Shown one piece after another: positions 28,779-38,697 of a stretch of DNA of 64,000 nucleotides. The notes under the pieces are model-generated. The model was not told the DNA's origin. It worked only from the letters and a program-made list of their open reading frames with translations, and searched no databases. Source of the DNA: Truepera sp. GTDB taxonomy: Bacteria > Deinococcota > Deinococci > Deinococcales > Trueperaceae. A program made the position numbers and the translations under genes. Location of the stretch: assembly GCA_965218435.1 (NCBI GenBank), contig CBDCKW010000009.1:1504001-1568000 (forward strand), read 5' to 3'. Position 1 is the first letter of the stretch; the number at the start of each line of letters is the position of its first letter.

Positions 28779-30437
28779 ATGTCAGCGCATGTCAGGCTTA
28801 GCAAGTGGCTCATCGTTATCACCGCTCTGTTTTTTTGTTCAACTCTAGCTCTCGCACAAGACGTGAAGACTGGCGGTACCGTCCGGGCTGCCGTTGCAAA
28901 TGGGTCCTATACCAATAACTCAAATCCTTTTGGTGCCGCCGGTCAAAATTTACCGAGTACCGGACTTGTCTACGAACCGCTGTTTTTCAGCAACATGGTC
29001 ACGGGTGAGCTGACGCCGCTGCTAGGAACATCATACAAATGGAGCAAAGACAACCTCACGCTGAGCGTTAAGACCCGTAAAGGCGTACAGTGGAGTGACG
29101 GGGAGCCGTTTTCCGCCCAAGATGTCGCGTTTACCTTTAACTATCTGAAAGAGCATCCCGAACTCGACACGAGCGGCGTCTGGGCGCTCGGGGTCAAGAG
29201 CGTAACGGCTCCTGATGACACGACGGTCGTGTTTACCTTCGGTAAACCCAATACCCCACTTCTTAGCGACCTCGTAGGACGCACCATCGTTCCAGAACAT
29301 ATCTGGGCAAATATTGCCGACCCGGTACAAGAGACGAACCAAAACCCCGTCGGCACCGGGCCGTTTATGCTCAGCTCGTTTGCGCCGCAGCTGATTAAAA
29401 CAGTTAAAAACCCGAACTACTGGCTGAAAGGGCAACCTTACGTGGACGGCGTGACGTTTCAGGTGACCACCAGCAATCAGGCTTCCCTGCTGCTACTGCT
29501 ACGAAACCAAGCTGATTATTCTTACGACCAAATCCCTAATGTCAAACAGACTTATGATGCCCGCGACCCGAAAACGTATGTGTCGTGGTGGCCGGTCAAC
29601 AACGAAAACATCTTGTACCTGAATACCCTAAAAGCGCCCTTTGAAGATATGGCGTTTCGGAACGCGGTAGCGAGGGCCATCAACAAAGACGACGCTGCCG
29701 CGAAAGCCTACGCCGGGACGACGGTCACTGCTGCAAACCCGACTGCTATCATTCCCGCACAGCAGGGTGAATGGCTCGACCCAGCGTTGCAAGAACCGGC
29801 CTACAGCTTCGACCCTGAGGCGGCGCGTAAGCTGTTGACTGATGCGGGCTACAGCTACGACGGTGACACCCTGCTCGGTAAAGATGGTCAGCCGCTGCCG
29901 ACCTTCGATATCCTCGTCGGCGCAGGCTGGACGGACTTTATCACCATGGCGCAGGTGATCTCGCAAGACCTGGGGGCTATCGGCATCAGCTCGTCTATTC
30001 AGCAAGAAAACTGGGGGTCGTACTCGCTTGGATTACAAAGTGGTACCTACGACATGGCGATCTCGTGGGGCTGGCGTAACGGCCCGACGCCCTATTACCT
30101 CTATAACGGTTCTTTGTCACCTGAGTTTTCAGCGCCTAAGATCGGTGAGACTGCCGACTCGAACTTCTCCCGGCTGACGGACCCGGCAGTGACGAAGGCG
30201 CTCCAAACATATCAGCAGAGCAGTGACCTGAACGTGCAAAAAGAAGCGATCAATGAGATTGCTAAGTTCGTTGCCGACGATGTACCTTATGTCCCGCTCA
30301 CCAACCGTGTCAACTTTGCGAACTTTAACCTGTCAACCTTTACCGGCTGGCCCTCAGCGCAAAACCCCTACACCGACGGGGGTGCCGGAGACTCAACATC
30401 TGGTCTCATAATGTTCCGTGAGGTTCACCTAAAGTAA
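28779..30437 (+). CDS. ABC transporter substrate-binding protein family 5 (oligopeptide/oligosaccharide); no adjacent permeases
   Basis: AAGGAG RBS before ATG 28779; signal peptide ending ALAQ; GVQWSDGEPFSAQDV.FTF, PVGTGPF, NPNYW. Confidence 0.9.
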   Translation: MSAHVRLSKWLIVITALFFCSTLALAQDVKTGGTVRAAVANGSYTNNSNPFGAAGQNLPSTGLVYEPLFFSNMVTGELTPLLGTSYKWSKDNLTLSVKTRKGVQWSDGEPFSAQDVAFTFNYLKEHPELDTSGVWALGVKSVTAPDDTTVVFTFGKPNTPLLSDLVGRTIVPEHIWANIADPVQETNQNPVGTGPFMLSSFAPQLIKTVKNPNYWLKGQPYVDGVTFQVTTSNQASLLLLLRNQADYSYDQIPNVKQTYDARDPKTYVSWWPVNNENILYLNTLKAPFEDMAFRNAVARAINKDDAAAKAYAGTTVTAANPTAIIPAQQGEWLDPALQEPAYSFDPEAARKLLTDAGYSYDGDTLLGKDGQPLPTFDILVGAGWTDFITMAQVISQDLGAIGISSSIQQENWGSYSLGLQSGTYDMAISWGWRNGPTPYYLYNGSLSPEFSAPKIGETADSNFSRLTDPAVTKALQTYQQSSDLNVQKEAINEIAKFVADDVPYVPLTNRVNFANFNLSTFTGWPSAQNPYTDGGAGDSTSGLIMFREVHLK

Positions 30438-30456
30438 CAAGGGTAAGCGTCGGTAC

Positions 30457-30494
30457 AACGCTCGGTGAGTTGGCCAAGACCCTTGCCGAGCGTT
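30457..30494 (+). terminator. Stem-loop downstream of the SBP gene, between convergent units
   Basis: AACGCTCGG...CCGAGCGTT inverted repeat followed by CAACTTTT. Confidence 0.45.
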
Positions 30495-30738
30495 CAACTT
30501 TACTACTGTCAGCAAGCTGATCTACCACCAAGTACCAGGGCAAACGCACTACCCACATTTTCTTAAGTCCGACCTCCAAAAATGCTTCAGAATCTGTCCC
30601 TTTTACGGTTTTTATTAGAATGCGATTCTTGAAATACCAGCGTAGTGAGTTTGTAGCTTACGAACGTAGCCCTGATGTGTTTGCTCTACACCAAATAACC
30701 GGGCCGCAACTGGGCCGCCTCGCAGCTCATCATAGGCG

Positions 30739-31563
30739 CTACTTAAGTTTTTCTCGCAAAAAAGCGAGGTTGTGCACCAACACCTCGAGCACCGGGCGCT
30801 CAGCACTAAAGTTTTCAACCACCAGCCAACCTTCGTAACCGACCGCGCTGAGCGCGTCCAAAAAAGCCTGGATATCAACCACGCCGTCGGCCAGCGGCGA
30901 CCAGCGAGCCTGCCACACACCGCCCCCGTCAGGTCGCCTGTAGGCCGCGTTTTTAAGATGAACGTGGGCGAGATAAGGACCTAACAGCTCGAGCCCCAGC
31001 TCATAAGCTTCAAATCCCTCATGTACCATGTTGCCGGGGTCATAGATAACCCCGATCAAATCGGGATCAAAGCGTGATACCAGCCGGTAGGTCAACCCGG
31101 CGCTGGGACAAATCGTAGCGTGATAGGTCTCGACGAGAGCTTTGACACCGTAACCTTGAGCCAACGTTGTCACTTCGTTCAAAAACGCTTCGGCGAGGCC
31201 GAAGCTCTCGGCGTAGCTGTCCCGCAGCTTACCGACGCCGACCGAGGGGATACCCGCCAGCTTAGCAAAGTTCATGGCGGTCTCGGCAGCGGCAAGGTCG
31301 CCGACAGGCACGTAGCTGCCGAGATTAGGAGTGGCCAGATGATGGCGAGCTGCTAACGCTTTTGCCCGCCGAGCATCTTCTGCCGTGGGCGTCAAGGTGC
31401 AGCGGTTGTTGCCCCAAAAAGACGGAGGGTCGTTTCGCTTTTCGCTGGGAGTGGTCATACGCCACTCGACGCCAGCATAGCCGCTCTCTTGAAGGGCTTT
31501 CGCGGCCTCTTCCGGGGTCAGCTCAGGCAGCATAACGGTAAAAACGCCTAGCTTAAGCGTCAT
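30739..31563 (-). CDS. Sugar phosphate isomerase/epimerase (xylose isomerase-like TIM barrel), paralog of 37833-38681
   Basis: LGVFTVMLP, GVEWR, YDPGNM, HVHLKN, GYEGWLVVE; ATG at 31563. Confidence 0.85.
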   Translation of the reverse strand: MTLKLGVFTVMLPELTPEEAAKALQESGYAGVEWRMTTPSEKRNDPPSFWGNNRCTLTPTAEDARRAKALAARHHLATPNLGSYVPVGDLAAAETAMNFAKLAGIPSVGVGKLRDSYAESFGLAEAFLNEVTTLAQGYGVKALVETYHATICPSAGLTYRLVSRFDPDLIGVIYDPGNMVHEGFEAYELGLELLGPYLAHVHLKNAAYRRPDGGGVWQARWSPLADGVVDIQAFLDALSAVGYEGWLVVENFSAERPVLEVLVHNLAFLREKLK

Positions 31564-31700
31564 ACTTTGCGTCTCACTGTGCCGTCTCACTGTGCTGCGC
31601 AGTCCTGCTAAGGCTAATGGTCGAAGGCAACCGGGCCACACCTTGGTCAATGAGTCAACCCCAGTTAAGTGGTCTAAACACCGCACAGTCAACCGCACAA

Positions 31701-33119
31701 TCACAAATGATAGGCTCTTTTCACTAACCCGTAAACAAGTTCATGGGCCATTTCAGCAGCCTCCTCCTCACTGATAAGCCCTTTGACGGTCTCTCCGGCC
31801 AACCAGTTACAACAGACCCGCCGCCACACGTCGTGACGCACCGGGATAGACGCGAACGCCCGAGTATCGTCGTTGAAACCCGCCAAATTGTAGATACCGG
31901 CTGTTTCGACTACGGCGTCGAAGTAGCGTTCCATCCCCTTGACCGAATCAAAAAACCACCAGGGTGGCCCTAAACGCAGCGCTGGATAGTGTCCGGCAAG
32001 CGGCGCGAGTTCGCGGCCGTAACTGCTTTCGCCCAGCGTAAAGAGGATAAGACGGTAGTTAGGGTTGTCGCCGTAGGCGTTGAGGAGCGCCTTTAAGGGA
32101 CGCGTCCACTCTGTCCGCACCGGCATATCGGCACCTTTATCGGCCCCAAAACGGCCAAACAAACGTTCGTTATGGTTGCGCAAACTACCGACGTGGAGCT
32201 GCATCACGAGCCCGTCGTCGCAGCTCATCCGCGCAAATTCCATGAGCATGTGCGCCGTAAAACGGGCGGCGTCATCATCGGTCGCGTGTCCTGCCAGCGC
32301 ACGTTCAAACAGCCCTGCCGCTTCGCCCCCGGAGAGCCTTTCGGTGTGAGGGGTCAGCACGCCGTGGTCGGTCGCTACCGCGCCGTGCGCCTTAAACGCT
32401 TCGCGCCGCGCCTCGAGCGCCCCGATAAAGCCCTTGTAACTCGTTAGCTCGCCGCCGGTCAGTTCGCCCAAGGTGGCAATATCATCGTTCCAACCTTCAG
32501 CAGTTAAATTGAGGAGCGCGTCCGGGCGAAACGTCGGGCGAATAGCCGTCCAGCCTTCGTCACGGAGCGAACGGTGGGCATTTAATGAATCCGTAGCGGC
32601 GTCGGTGGTGCATAAGACTTCGATATTAAACCGCTTGAACAGCGCCCTCGGCGTAAAGTCGGGTTGGGCCAGCTTTTCTGAGAGGGCGTCGTAAACGCTG
32701 TCGGCGGTGTCGGCGTTAAGGGGCGTGTCAATCCCAAAAACCTCGAGCAACTCACCCTTAAGCCACAACCCGGTAGGCGTGCCGCGAAAGAGGTAAAAGT
32801 GTTCGGCGAAGCGTCGCCACACTGCGCGGTGATCCGTCTCGACCGGACTGCCGTCTAAGGTGGGCACACCGAGTTGCTCGAGCGGTACCCCCTGACTATA
32901 GAGCAGCCGTAAGACGTAGTGATCCGGGATGATCAACAGCTCGGCGGGCGAGCCGAAGTGGGCGTCCGGGTCGGCGAGCAGGTCGGGCGGCACGTGTCCG
33001 TGAGGGCAGACGAGCGGGAGCGAATTAATCTCATTGTAGAGGTCTCGAGCGAGCTTGCGCTGCACCGGCTCCGGTGAAAAACAGCGGTCGGGCGACCGGG
33101 TAACTTTGGCGGTGGTCAT
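31701..33119 (-). CDS. uxaC: Glucuronate (uronate) isomerase
   Basis: CPHGH, PDHY, CTTD, PTFRPD, MQLHVG, GPPWWF, GFNDDTRAF; AGGAG RBS before ATG 33119. Confidence 0.93.
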   Translation of the reverse strand: MTTAKVTRSPDRCFSPEPVQRKLARDLYNEINSLPLVCPHGHVPPDLLADPDAHFGSPAELLIIPDHYVLRLLYSQGVPLEQLGVPTLDGSPVETDHRAVWRRFAEHFYLFRGTPTGLWLKGELLEVFGIDTPLNADTADSVYDALSEKLAQPDFTPRALFKRFNIEVLCTTDAATDSLNAHRSLRDEGWTAIRPTFRPDALLNLTAEGWNDDIATLGELTGGELTSYKGFIGALEARREAFKAHGAVATDHGVLTPHTERLSGGEAAGLFERALAGHATDDDAARFTAHMLMEFARMSCDDGLVMQLHVGSLRNHNERLFGRFGADKGADMPVRTEWTRPLKALLNAYGDNPNYRLILFTLGESSYGRELAPLAGHYPALRLGPPWWFFDSVKGMERYFDAVVETAGIYNLAGFNDDTRAFASIPVRHDVWRRVCCNWLAGETVKGLISEEEAAEMAHELVYGLVKRAYHL

Positions 33120-33153
33120 AACGTCTCCTGTTCCAGACAAGTGACCTGCGCCA

Positions 33154-33591
33154 CTACACACCCTTCCAGGGCCAGTAGACACAGCGCGTGACCTCGGGGA
33201 AAAGTACGAAGTCGGCACGCCCTTTAAGCACAAAGGTCGTGACGTCTGCACCTGCCAGATACTGGCAGGCAACCGCAAGTGTCTTACCGGTGACGCACAC
33301 GTCATCAACCAGCAAAACCCGTTTGCCGCGCAGGTCGGGCAGACCGGGTAGATATAGCAGTTCAGGCGCGGGGCGTTGGGGGCTGTTGTCCTCGGCCCGG
33401 TAGTTTAGCTGCAGGGTATAAAGCGGCGTTTGAAGCTTGTAGGCAAGTAGAGCAGCGGGTACACTGCCGCCCGTCGCCACGCCGATGACGACATCGGTCG
33501 GCGGCAGCCTGAGCTTATCAAGCCGCGCACAGACGTCGCTAAACTCGAGCTTCACCTTCTCCGACTTAACCCCGGTTACGCCCCCCTTCAC
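33154..33591 (-). CDS. Type I phosphoribosyltransferase domain protein
   Basis: PRPP-binding motif VLLVDDVCVTGKT, C-terminal YWPW; GTGA overlap with the larA-like gene. Confidence 0.8.
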   Translation of the reverse strand: MKGGVTGVKSEKVKLEFSDVCARLDKLRLPPTDVVIGVATGGSVPAALLAYKLQTPLYTLQLNYRAEDNSPQRPAPELLYLPGLPDLRGKRVLLVDDVCVTGKTLAVACQYLAGADVTTFVLKGRADFVLFPEVTRCVYWPWKGV

Positions 33592-34856
33592 GAGCTGCCC
33601 TCCAAGCGGTAGAGCATTTCACCGGCGTTTTCGACCAGCAGCACGCCTTCATCTTCGCGGTTGGCCCAACGCTGCGGGTCTAGCTTACTGGGATCGCGGT
33701 AACCCAAGTTGATACGCCGACAGACTGCTTCGGGAATACCCGTCGCCAGCGTGACGGCGATACGGGGTTTTTCGACACCATTTTCAAACGTGCCTGCACC
33801 TTTAACATGTGTCGAGTGCGCCAGCACCGTCCACGAGATATTTTTGAACGTTTCCCACTGTCCCAAAAAGTAGTCGCGCACGTGGTAGCCGATCTTTTCG
33901 ATGTCTGCGCCGTGCGTGACGCTCACCGCTTTTAAGTGGGGCGCGTAGATGATGACCTCGCCGCCGTCTTCGATCACAGGTTCAGTTTTGTACATGGCCT
34001 TAGCAGCGGTCCAAAGGTCGTCGTATTTCGTGGAGGGCATAGACAAGACGCGCTTAAAGGGGCGCGGTTTATAGCTGATATTGAGCCTCGCCGACACGTC
34101 CGCCGCCCGCTCCCAGGCCGTGACATAATCGCCGATAAAGAGCCCGTGCAGGTCGCTCTTCTGCATCACCAGTTTAAGGCAGGTAACAGGCATCTTCTCG
34201 GTGACAAACTTTGCGCCCTCGTGCAGCACCCGCCGCACCGCCGTATCTTTGACGCCGATAGTGTCGTAACTCGTGGCGAGTGCGCCGAGCCAGTGGGTGC
34301 TGTCAATGATTTCACGTCCGGCGATACCGGGAAAAAGGTATTTTGCGCCGCCGGAAAAGCCCGCGACCTCATGAGGAAAAACCGGGCCGAGGATCAAGAG
34401 TTCGTCGTAGTCGTAAATCATGCGGTTGAGGGCGATGGGGGTTTCTCGGCTGACTAAACCGCCCGTCAGTTCACTCATTTGGGCGCTCGAGAGTGTACCC
34501 ACACGTTTGAAGTTCGCCGGGTTGTCCCAGCGGTGGTTGTAAACCTCGCTCTTGGGGTAGTGCGCCGTGCGCTCCGCCGGGGTCACCCCGACGAGTTTGG
34601 CGATGGCTGTTTCAGACATCGGCTGATGTGTGCCGAGCGCGATGAGATAGTCGAGCCGCGCCACGCGTACGCCCAAAACCTCGTAAAGTAAGCGAAACAT
34701 CGAGGCGATAGGCGCAGTGCGCGTGCCGTCCGGGATGATAACGAGAAGGCGCTTGCCCGTTAACTCGAGAGACTCGGAGGCTTGCTCGAGCAACTCCCTG
34801 ACCTGAGCTTCGGTCATGGTTTCGTGGTCACTGCTGTAACCGGCTAAAAGTGCCAC
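33588..34856 (-). CDS. LarA-family (lactate racemase domain) nickel-pincer hydroxyacid racemase/epimerase
   Basis: IPDGTR, ALGTH, NHRW, PHEVAGFSGGAK (LarA catalytic His and cofactor Lys region). Confidence 0.85.
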   Translation of the reverse strand: MALLAGYSSDHETMTEAQVRELLEQASESLELTGKRLLVIIPDGTRTAPIASMFRLLYEVLGVRVARLDYLIALGTHQPMSETAIAKLVGVTPAERTAHYPKSEVYNHRWDNPANFKRVGTLSSAQMSELTGGLVSRETPIALNRMIYDYDELLILGPVFPHEVAGFSGGAKYLFPGIAGREIIDSTHWLGALATSYDTIGVKDTAVRRVLHEGAKFVTEKMPVTCLKLVMQKSDLHGLFIGDYVTAWERAADVSARLNISYKPRPFKRVLSMPSTKYDDLWTAAKAMYKTEPVIEDGGEVIIYAPHLKAVSVTHGADIEKIGYHVRDYFLGQWETFKNISWTVLAHSTHVKGAGTFENGVEKPRIAVTLATGIPEAVCRRINLGYRDPSKLDPQRWANREDEGVLLVENAGEMLYRLEGSS

Positions 34857-35666
34857 CTAAACCCCACCAAAGGCGGAAAAGCCGCCGTCAACCGGGACGA
34901 CCACGCCGGTCACGAATTTAGAGGCGTCCGACGCCAACCACGTCACTGTACCGACCAATTCTTCAGGTTCACCAAACCGGCCCAACGGCGTGTGGCCGAT
35001 AATCTGCTGGCCCCTAGCCGTCGGTGACCCGTCGGGGTTAAGGAGCAGGTCGCGGTTCTGCTCGCCGACGAAAAAGCCGGGGGCAATGGCGTTGACGCGT
35101 AGCCCCGGCCCGTAGGTTTGCGCCAGCTCGACCGCCAACCAGCGCGTAAAGTTGTCGAGCGCCGCCTTCGCTGCGCCGTAGCCGACGACCCGGGTCAGCG
35201 GACGCTGCGCCGCCATTGACGAGATGTTGATAATTGAACCCGTCCCCGCCTCGACCATCGTTTCACCAAAGACCTGCGAAGGGAGGATGCTGCCCAGCAA
35301 GTTGAGGTTGATCACGCCCCCCAGCGCCGCCATCTCAACATCGAAAAAGCTCAAGTCACCGACGACCGTCGCGTCGGGGCGGTTGCCGCCTGCGGCGTTG
35401 ACTAAGATGTCCAGGCGACCCCATCTTTTAAGCACCTGGGCTCGAGCCGCCTCTAACTGTGCCCGGTCCAGCACGTCCGCGGTGAGCGCCAGGGCGTCGC
35501 CGCCCGCCGCACGCACCTCTTCAACGACCTCAGCGGCTTTCGCCGTACGCCGTCCCAAGACCCCGACCTTGGCCCCCGCCGCGGCCAGACCGCGCACCAA
35601 CGCGCCGCCCAAAACGCCCGTGCCGCCGGTGACGACTGCAACTTTGTCAGTGAGGTCGAAGCTCAC
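34857..35666 (-). CDS. SDR family D-mannonate oxidoreductase (fructuronate reductase, UxuB-like)
   Basis: TGGTGVLG, NAAGGN, SSMAAQRPLTRVVGYGAAK, NAIAPGFF..QN, DGGFSAFGGV; located near uxaC. Confidence 0.85.
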   Translation of the reverse strand: MSFDLTDKVAVVTGGTGVLGGALVRGLAAAGAKVGVLGRRTAKAAEVVEEVRAAGGDALALTADVLDRAQLEAARAQVLKRWGRLDILVNAAGGNRPDATVVGDLSFFDVEMAALGGVINLNLLGSILPSQVFGETMVEAGTGSIINISSMAAQRPLTRVVGYGAAKAALDNFTRWLAVELAQTYGPGLRVNAIAPGFFVGEQNRDLLLNPDGSPTARGQQIIGHTPLGRFGEPEELVGTVTWLASDASKFVTGVVVPVDGGFSAFGGV

Positions 35667-36730
35667 GCGCCCTCGTCGGCCAACGTTTGCGCCTTTAAGC
35701 AGAGTTCGGCAGCCTTAAATGCGTGCGCCTGCGTCATGGCATTCTCGGTGCGGTTCAGGCAGTCCAAGACGAGTTGCCCGAAAAAGGGATACCCGACTTT
35801 GCCCGCGACTTCCAGGTGCTGCTCCCCCTTGCCATCAACCAAATAAAGCTGATCACCGCCGCCGCTACGCGCAAGCTCCGTGTATTTGCGCAGCTCGAGG
35901 TACCCGTCCGTCCCGAGGATAAAGGTGCGCCCGTCGCCCCAGGTAGACAGGCCGTCCGGGGTAAACCAGTCCACCCGGAAGTAGCCCGAAGCGCCGGTGT
36001 CTGCGACTAGATTCGTCTCGCCGAAATCTTCCAGTTCAGGGGTGTCCGGGTGGTTGAAATTGGCGACTCGGGCACTCGCTACCTTAGCGTCCGTCGCCCC
36101 GGCGTAGGTGAGAAACTGCTCGATCTGGTGGCTGCCGATGTCGGCCAAAATGCCACCGTATTTTTCCTTTTCAAAAAACCAGGCGGGTCTTTTAGCGGCG
36201 TTCAGGCGGTGCGGCCCTAAACCTAAGACCTGAATCACCCGTCCGATGGCACCCTCCTGAATTAAATCACCGGCAAACACCGCACACTCAGCGTGCAGCC
36301 TCTCGCTGTAGTAGACGAGATATTTCTGACCCGTTTCGCTCACGGCGCGGCGGGCGTCGTCTAACTGCTTAACGGTCGTAAAAGGTCCCTTGTCCGTAAA
36401 ATAATCTTTTTCCGCTGCCATCACCCGCAGACCCAGCGGCCCACGCGCGTTGGGGACGGCGGCGGCGGCGACCAGGCGCACCTCGGGATCACTTAGAATT
36501 TCGTCTAGAGAGCGTGCGACGCGCACCTCGGGGTAACGCTCCTGAAAGGCTTCGACCTTGGCGGGGTCGAGGTCGTATACCCAGCGGAGCGTTGCGCCCG
36601 CTTCGAGCAAGCCGCCACACATCCCGTAAATATGACCGTGGTCTAAGTGTGCGGCGGCGAACACGAAATCGCCGGGCGCGACCACAGGGGCCGGTTTCCC
36701 CTGCGGCGCGTAGGTCATGCCGTCGCTCAT
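35663..36730 (-). CDS. Gfo/Idh/MocA family oxidoreductase
   Basis: LDHGHIYGM, FTDKG, YYSERL, GGILADIGSHQIEQ; ATGA overlap at 36727-36730. Confidence 0.88.
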   Translation of the reverse strand: MSDGMTYAPQGKPAPVVAPGDFVFAAAHLDHGHIYGMCGGLLEAGATLRWVYDLDPAKVEAFQERYPEVRVARSLDEILSDPEVRLVAAAAVPNARGPLGLRVMAAEKDYFTDKGPFTTVKQLDDARRAVSETGQKYLVYYSERLHAECAVFAGDLIQEGAIGRVIQVLGLGPHRLNAAKRPAWFFEKEKYGGILADIGSHQIEQFLTYAGATDAKVASARVANFNHPDTPELEDFGETNLVADTGASGYFRVDWFTPDGLSTWGDGRTFILGTDGYLELRKYTELARSGGGDQLYLVDGKGEQHLEVAGKVGYPFFGQLVLDCLNRTENAMTQAHAFKAAELCLKAQTLADEGA

Positions 36731-37836
36731 GCGACGCCTTCTTTCTTGGTAGCTGCTTTCCGCTCTTCTAAAAAGTTCGCATAAGCGGCGCGGTCTAAGG
36801 GCAGGGTGACGGCACGCTCGAGCCAGCTCGAGAGCAGCATCGCGTTGGCAAGCTCCAAAGACATGCGCCCCTCCACGCCGTCGCACATAAGAGGCGTCCC
36901 CGTTTGGATAGCGTCACTCAAGTTGCGGTAAACCGCAAGGTGATCGCCGCTGCCTTCACCTAGCTCGAGGAGGGTCGTCTCTACCTCAGGCTCATCAAAA
37001 GGATTTGCGTCCTCGTCTAAAAAATCTTCTAAAGCTTGGGGAAACCGCTCGAAACTCACCTTGCCGCTGCCGAGTTGCACCACCCCTTTCGTCCCGACAA
37101 GCTCGAGGCGTTCGGGTCGGCCCGCTTCGGCGGTGCTGATGTGCAGAGAACCAAGGCTACTACTGGGCCACTCGAGCATCGCCTGAATCGTATCTTCCGT
37201 TTCGATATCGTGCAGCGTGGTACGCGCCCAAGCGGTCACTTTACTGGGCGACCCGAGGAAATGGCAGAGCAGGTCTAGGTTATGAGGCGCTTGGTTCATC
37301 GAGACGCCGCCCCCTTCACCCGCCCAGGTCCCGCGCCAGAGCGCCTTTTGGTAGTAGTTGCGGCGGCGCGGCCAGGCCATCGTCATGTCAATGTGCTGAA
37401 CCTTACCGAGCCGACCCTCACGGATAAGCGCGTACACGGCCCGCACCTCGGGGCGGTGACGGTGCTGGAAGTTTACGGCGAGCAGGCGACCGGCGTCTTT
37501 TGCCGCCGCGATCATCGTGTCGGCTTCGCCCACGTGAACGGCCATCGGTTTCTCTACCAACACGTGGCAGCCAGCCTCGAGGCAGCTCACGGTCATCTCG
37601 GCGTGAAAAGGATGAGGCGTCATCACGACCGCTACGTCAGGCTGAGTCTGCTCGAGCATGGCGTAGTAGTCCTCGAAAAAAGGGCAGCCCAGTTCGGCGG
37701 CGCGTTCACGGCCTTTGTGAACGTCGCGGTCGCAGACGCCGACCAGGTTGACCAGGTCGGACTCGAGCGCCAGACGGTGCATCGCCAGCACATTCGCCCC
37801 GACACCGATGATGACGTACCGCAAGGGTCGGGTCAC
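36727..37836 (-). CDS. Gfo/Idh/MocA family oxidoreductase
   Basis: IIGVG, TPHPFH, VLVEKP, WRGTWAGEGGG..MNQAPH. Confidence 0.9.
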   Translation of the reverse strand: MTRPLRYVIIGVGANVLAMHRLALESDLVNLVGVCDRDVHKGRERAAELGCPFFEDYYAMLEQTQPDVAVVMTPHPFHAEMTVSCLEAGCHVLVEKPMAVHVGEADTMIAAAKDAGRLLAVNFQHRHRPEVRAVYALIREGRLGKVQHIDMTMAWPRRRNYYQKALWRGTWAGEGGGVSMNQAPHNLDLLCHFLGSPSKVTAWARTTLHDIETEDTIQAMLEWPSSSLGSLHISTAEAGRPERLELVGTKGVVQLGSGKVSFERFPQALEDFLDEDANPFDEPEVETTLLELGEGSGDHLAVYRNLSDAIQTGTPLMCDGVEGRMSLELANAMLLSSWLERAVTLPLDRAAYANFLEERKAATKKEGVA

Positions 37837-38681
37837 GCCGTTACCTCTTCTCTCAGCAGCTTGCGGACGAACGCCAGGTTGTGCCGCAGCGCCTCGCGGC
37901 TGGGGTGCGCCGCGCTGAAATCCTCGATGACCAGCCAGCCGTCATAGCCGACCGCCTGCAACGCCCCGAGCAGCCGCGGAAAGTCAACCACGCCGTCCTC
38001 TAGGGGTGCCCAGCGGGGCGTCCACACGCCGCCGCCTGCAGGTTGCGCGTAGGCCGCGTTTTTGAGGTGGACGTGAGCGAGGTAGGGACCGAGCAGCTCG
38101 AGGCCCAGCCGGTAATCCTCGAACCCCTCATAAACCATATTGCCCGCGTCGTGAATTACGCCGATCACCTCGGGGTCGAAAGGCGACACGAGCCGGTGGG
38201 CGAGCGCGGCGCTGGGGCAGATCGTGCCGTGGTGAATCTCGACCAGCGCCTTGACACCGTACCGCCGCGCCAGCGGTTCGACCGCCGCCAAAAAAGCTCT
38301 AGCGTCGGCAAACAGCTCGTGATAGTTGGAACCCGTTTCAAACCGGCCCACGCCCACCCGGATTTGGGGCGCACCCGCTGTTTGGGCAAAGTGCAGCGCG
38401 TTCTCCGTCGCCTCCAGGTCGCCCACATCAAGGTAGGTTCCCAAACCGGGAACGGCAAGCCCTACCGCCTCAGCGAGGGCGCGCGCCCGCTCCGCTTCGG
38501 CTTGGGTAGGAGAAAGCGTGCAGCGGTTGTTACCCCAAAAAGAGGGCAGCTCACGTCGTTTTTCCTCCGGGACTGAAGTCACGCGCCACTCGACGCCGTC
38601 GTAACCGGCGGCGGCGAGGTCGTGCGCCGCTTGTTCGGGGGTGAGGTCCGGCAACATGACCGTAAACACGCCGACTTTCAC
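37833..38681 (-). CDS. Sugar phosphate isomerase/epimerase (xylose isomerase-like TIM barrel)
   Basis: GVEWR, VEIHH, HDAGNM, HVHLKN, GYDGWLVIED. Confidence 0.88.
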   Translation of the reverse strand: MKVGVFTVMLPDLTPEQAAHDLAAAGYDGVEWRVTSVPEEKRRELPSFWGNNRCTLSPTQAEAERARALAEAVGLAVPGLGTYLDVGDLEATENALHFAQTAGAPQIRVGVGRFETGSNYHELFADARAFLAAVEPLARRYGVKALVEIHHGTICPSAALAHRLVSPFDPEVIGVIHDAGNMVYEGFEDYRLGLELLGPYLAHVHLKNAAYAQPAGGGVWTPRWAPLEDGVVDFPRLLGALQAVGYDGWLVIEDFSAAHPSREALRHNLAFVRKLLREEVTA

Positions 38682-38697
38682 GGTAAGACCCCCCTGT

